Source: Octopus bimaculoides (lineage: Eukaryota). From it: a stretch of 32,146 nucleotides of DNA. The notes below the pieces were generated by a model. That model did no database searches, was not told where the DNA came from, and saw only the letters and a list, made by a program, of their open reading frames with translations. The stretch spans positions 98,477,389 to 98,509,534 of the forward strand of contig NC_068984.1 in the NCBI RefSeq assembly GCF_001194135.2. Direction: 5' to 3'. Position 1 is the stretch's first letter, and each line of letters opens with the position of its first letter. The position numbers and the translations under genes were made by a program. Positions 31,805 to 32,146 of this stretch are shown here, piece by piece.

Positions 31805-32146
31805 TATCATCATCATCATCATCGTTTAACGTCTGCTTTCCATGCTAGCATGGGTTGGACGGTTTGACTGAGGACAGATGAACCGGATGGCTGCACCAGG
31901 CTCCAATCTGATCTGACAGAGTTTCTACAGCTGGATGCCCTTCCTAACGCCAACCACTCCGAGAGTGTAGTGGGTGCTTTTACGTGCCACCAGCACGAGA
32001 GCCAGTCATGCGGTACTGGTAATGGCCACACTCAAAATGGTGTTTTTTATGTTCCACCTGCACAGGAGCCAGTCCAGTGGCACTGGCAACGACCTCGCCA
32101 GAATGATTTTTTAATGTGCCATCGGCACAAGTGCCAGTAAGGCAAC
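31805..32146 (-). mobile_element. RTE 3' UTR with (GAT)n tail, runs off the window
   Basis: CATCATCATCGTTTAACGTCTGCTTTCCATGCTAGCATGGGTTGGAC..CTGGATGCCCTTCCTAACGCCAACC; about 66-nt tandem hairpin units. Confidence 0.88.

Overview
AT-rich metazoan genomic DNA from a gapped short-read assembly (large N-gaps at 966-1527, 2791-3486, 15279-15943 and 30067-30934). It is dominated by microsatellites and decayed retroelements. The SINE/LINE repertoire and repeat style resemble what I associate with octopus/coleoid cephalopod genomes; this is inference, not a database result. There is no intact long gene and nothing prokaryotic. Content: five degenerate Penelope-like element (PLE) fragments; two RTE-clade LINE families (one near full-length BovB-like copy, one copy lacking its RT core, several 3' tails); many tRNA-derived SINEs of two types (CORE-like with an internal microsatellite, and Deu/Nin-like); two MITE-like elements; and a few short plus-strand exon candidates, so the window may be intronic. 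The best signals are (1) a fully formed type I hammerhead ribozyme with a palindromic stem III in a PLE 3' UTR (minus strand, 31069-31138), (2) a 53/53-nt perfect inverted copy of local unique sequence (17599-17651) inside a decayed SINE 1.4 kb away (19042-19094), overlapping a candidate exon/5' splice site, (3) a 24-bp fold-back at a PLE 5' truncation, and (4) a 71-bp-arm foldback element. All coordinates and alignments were read by eye and need computational confirmation.
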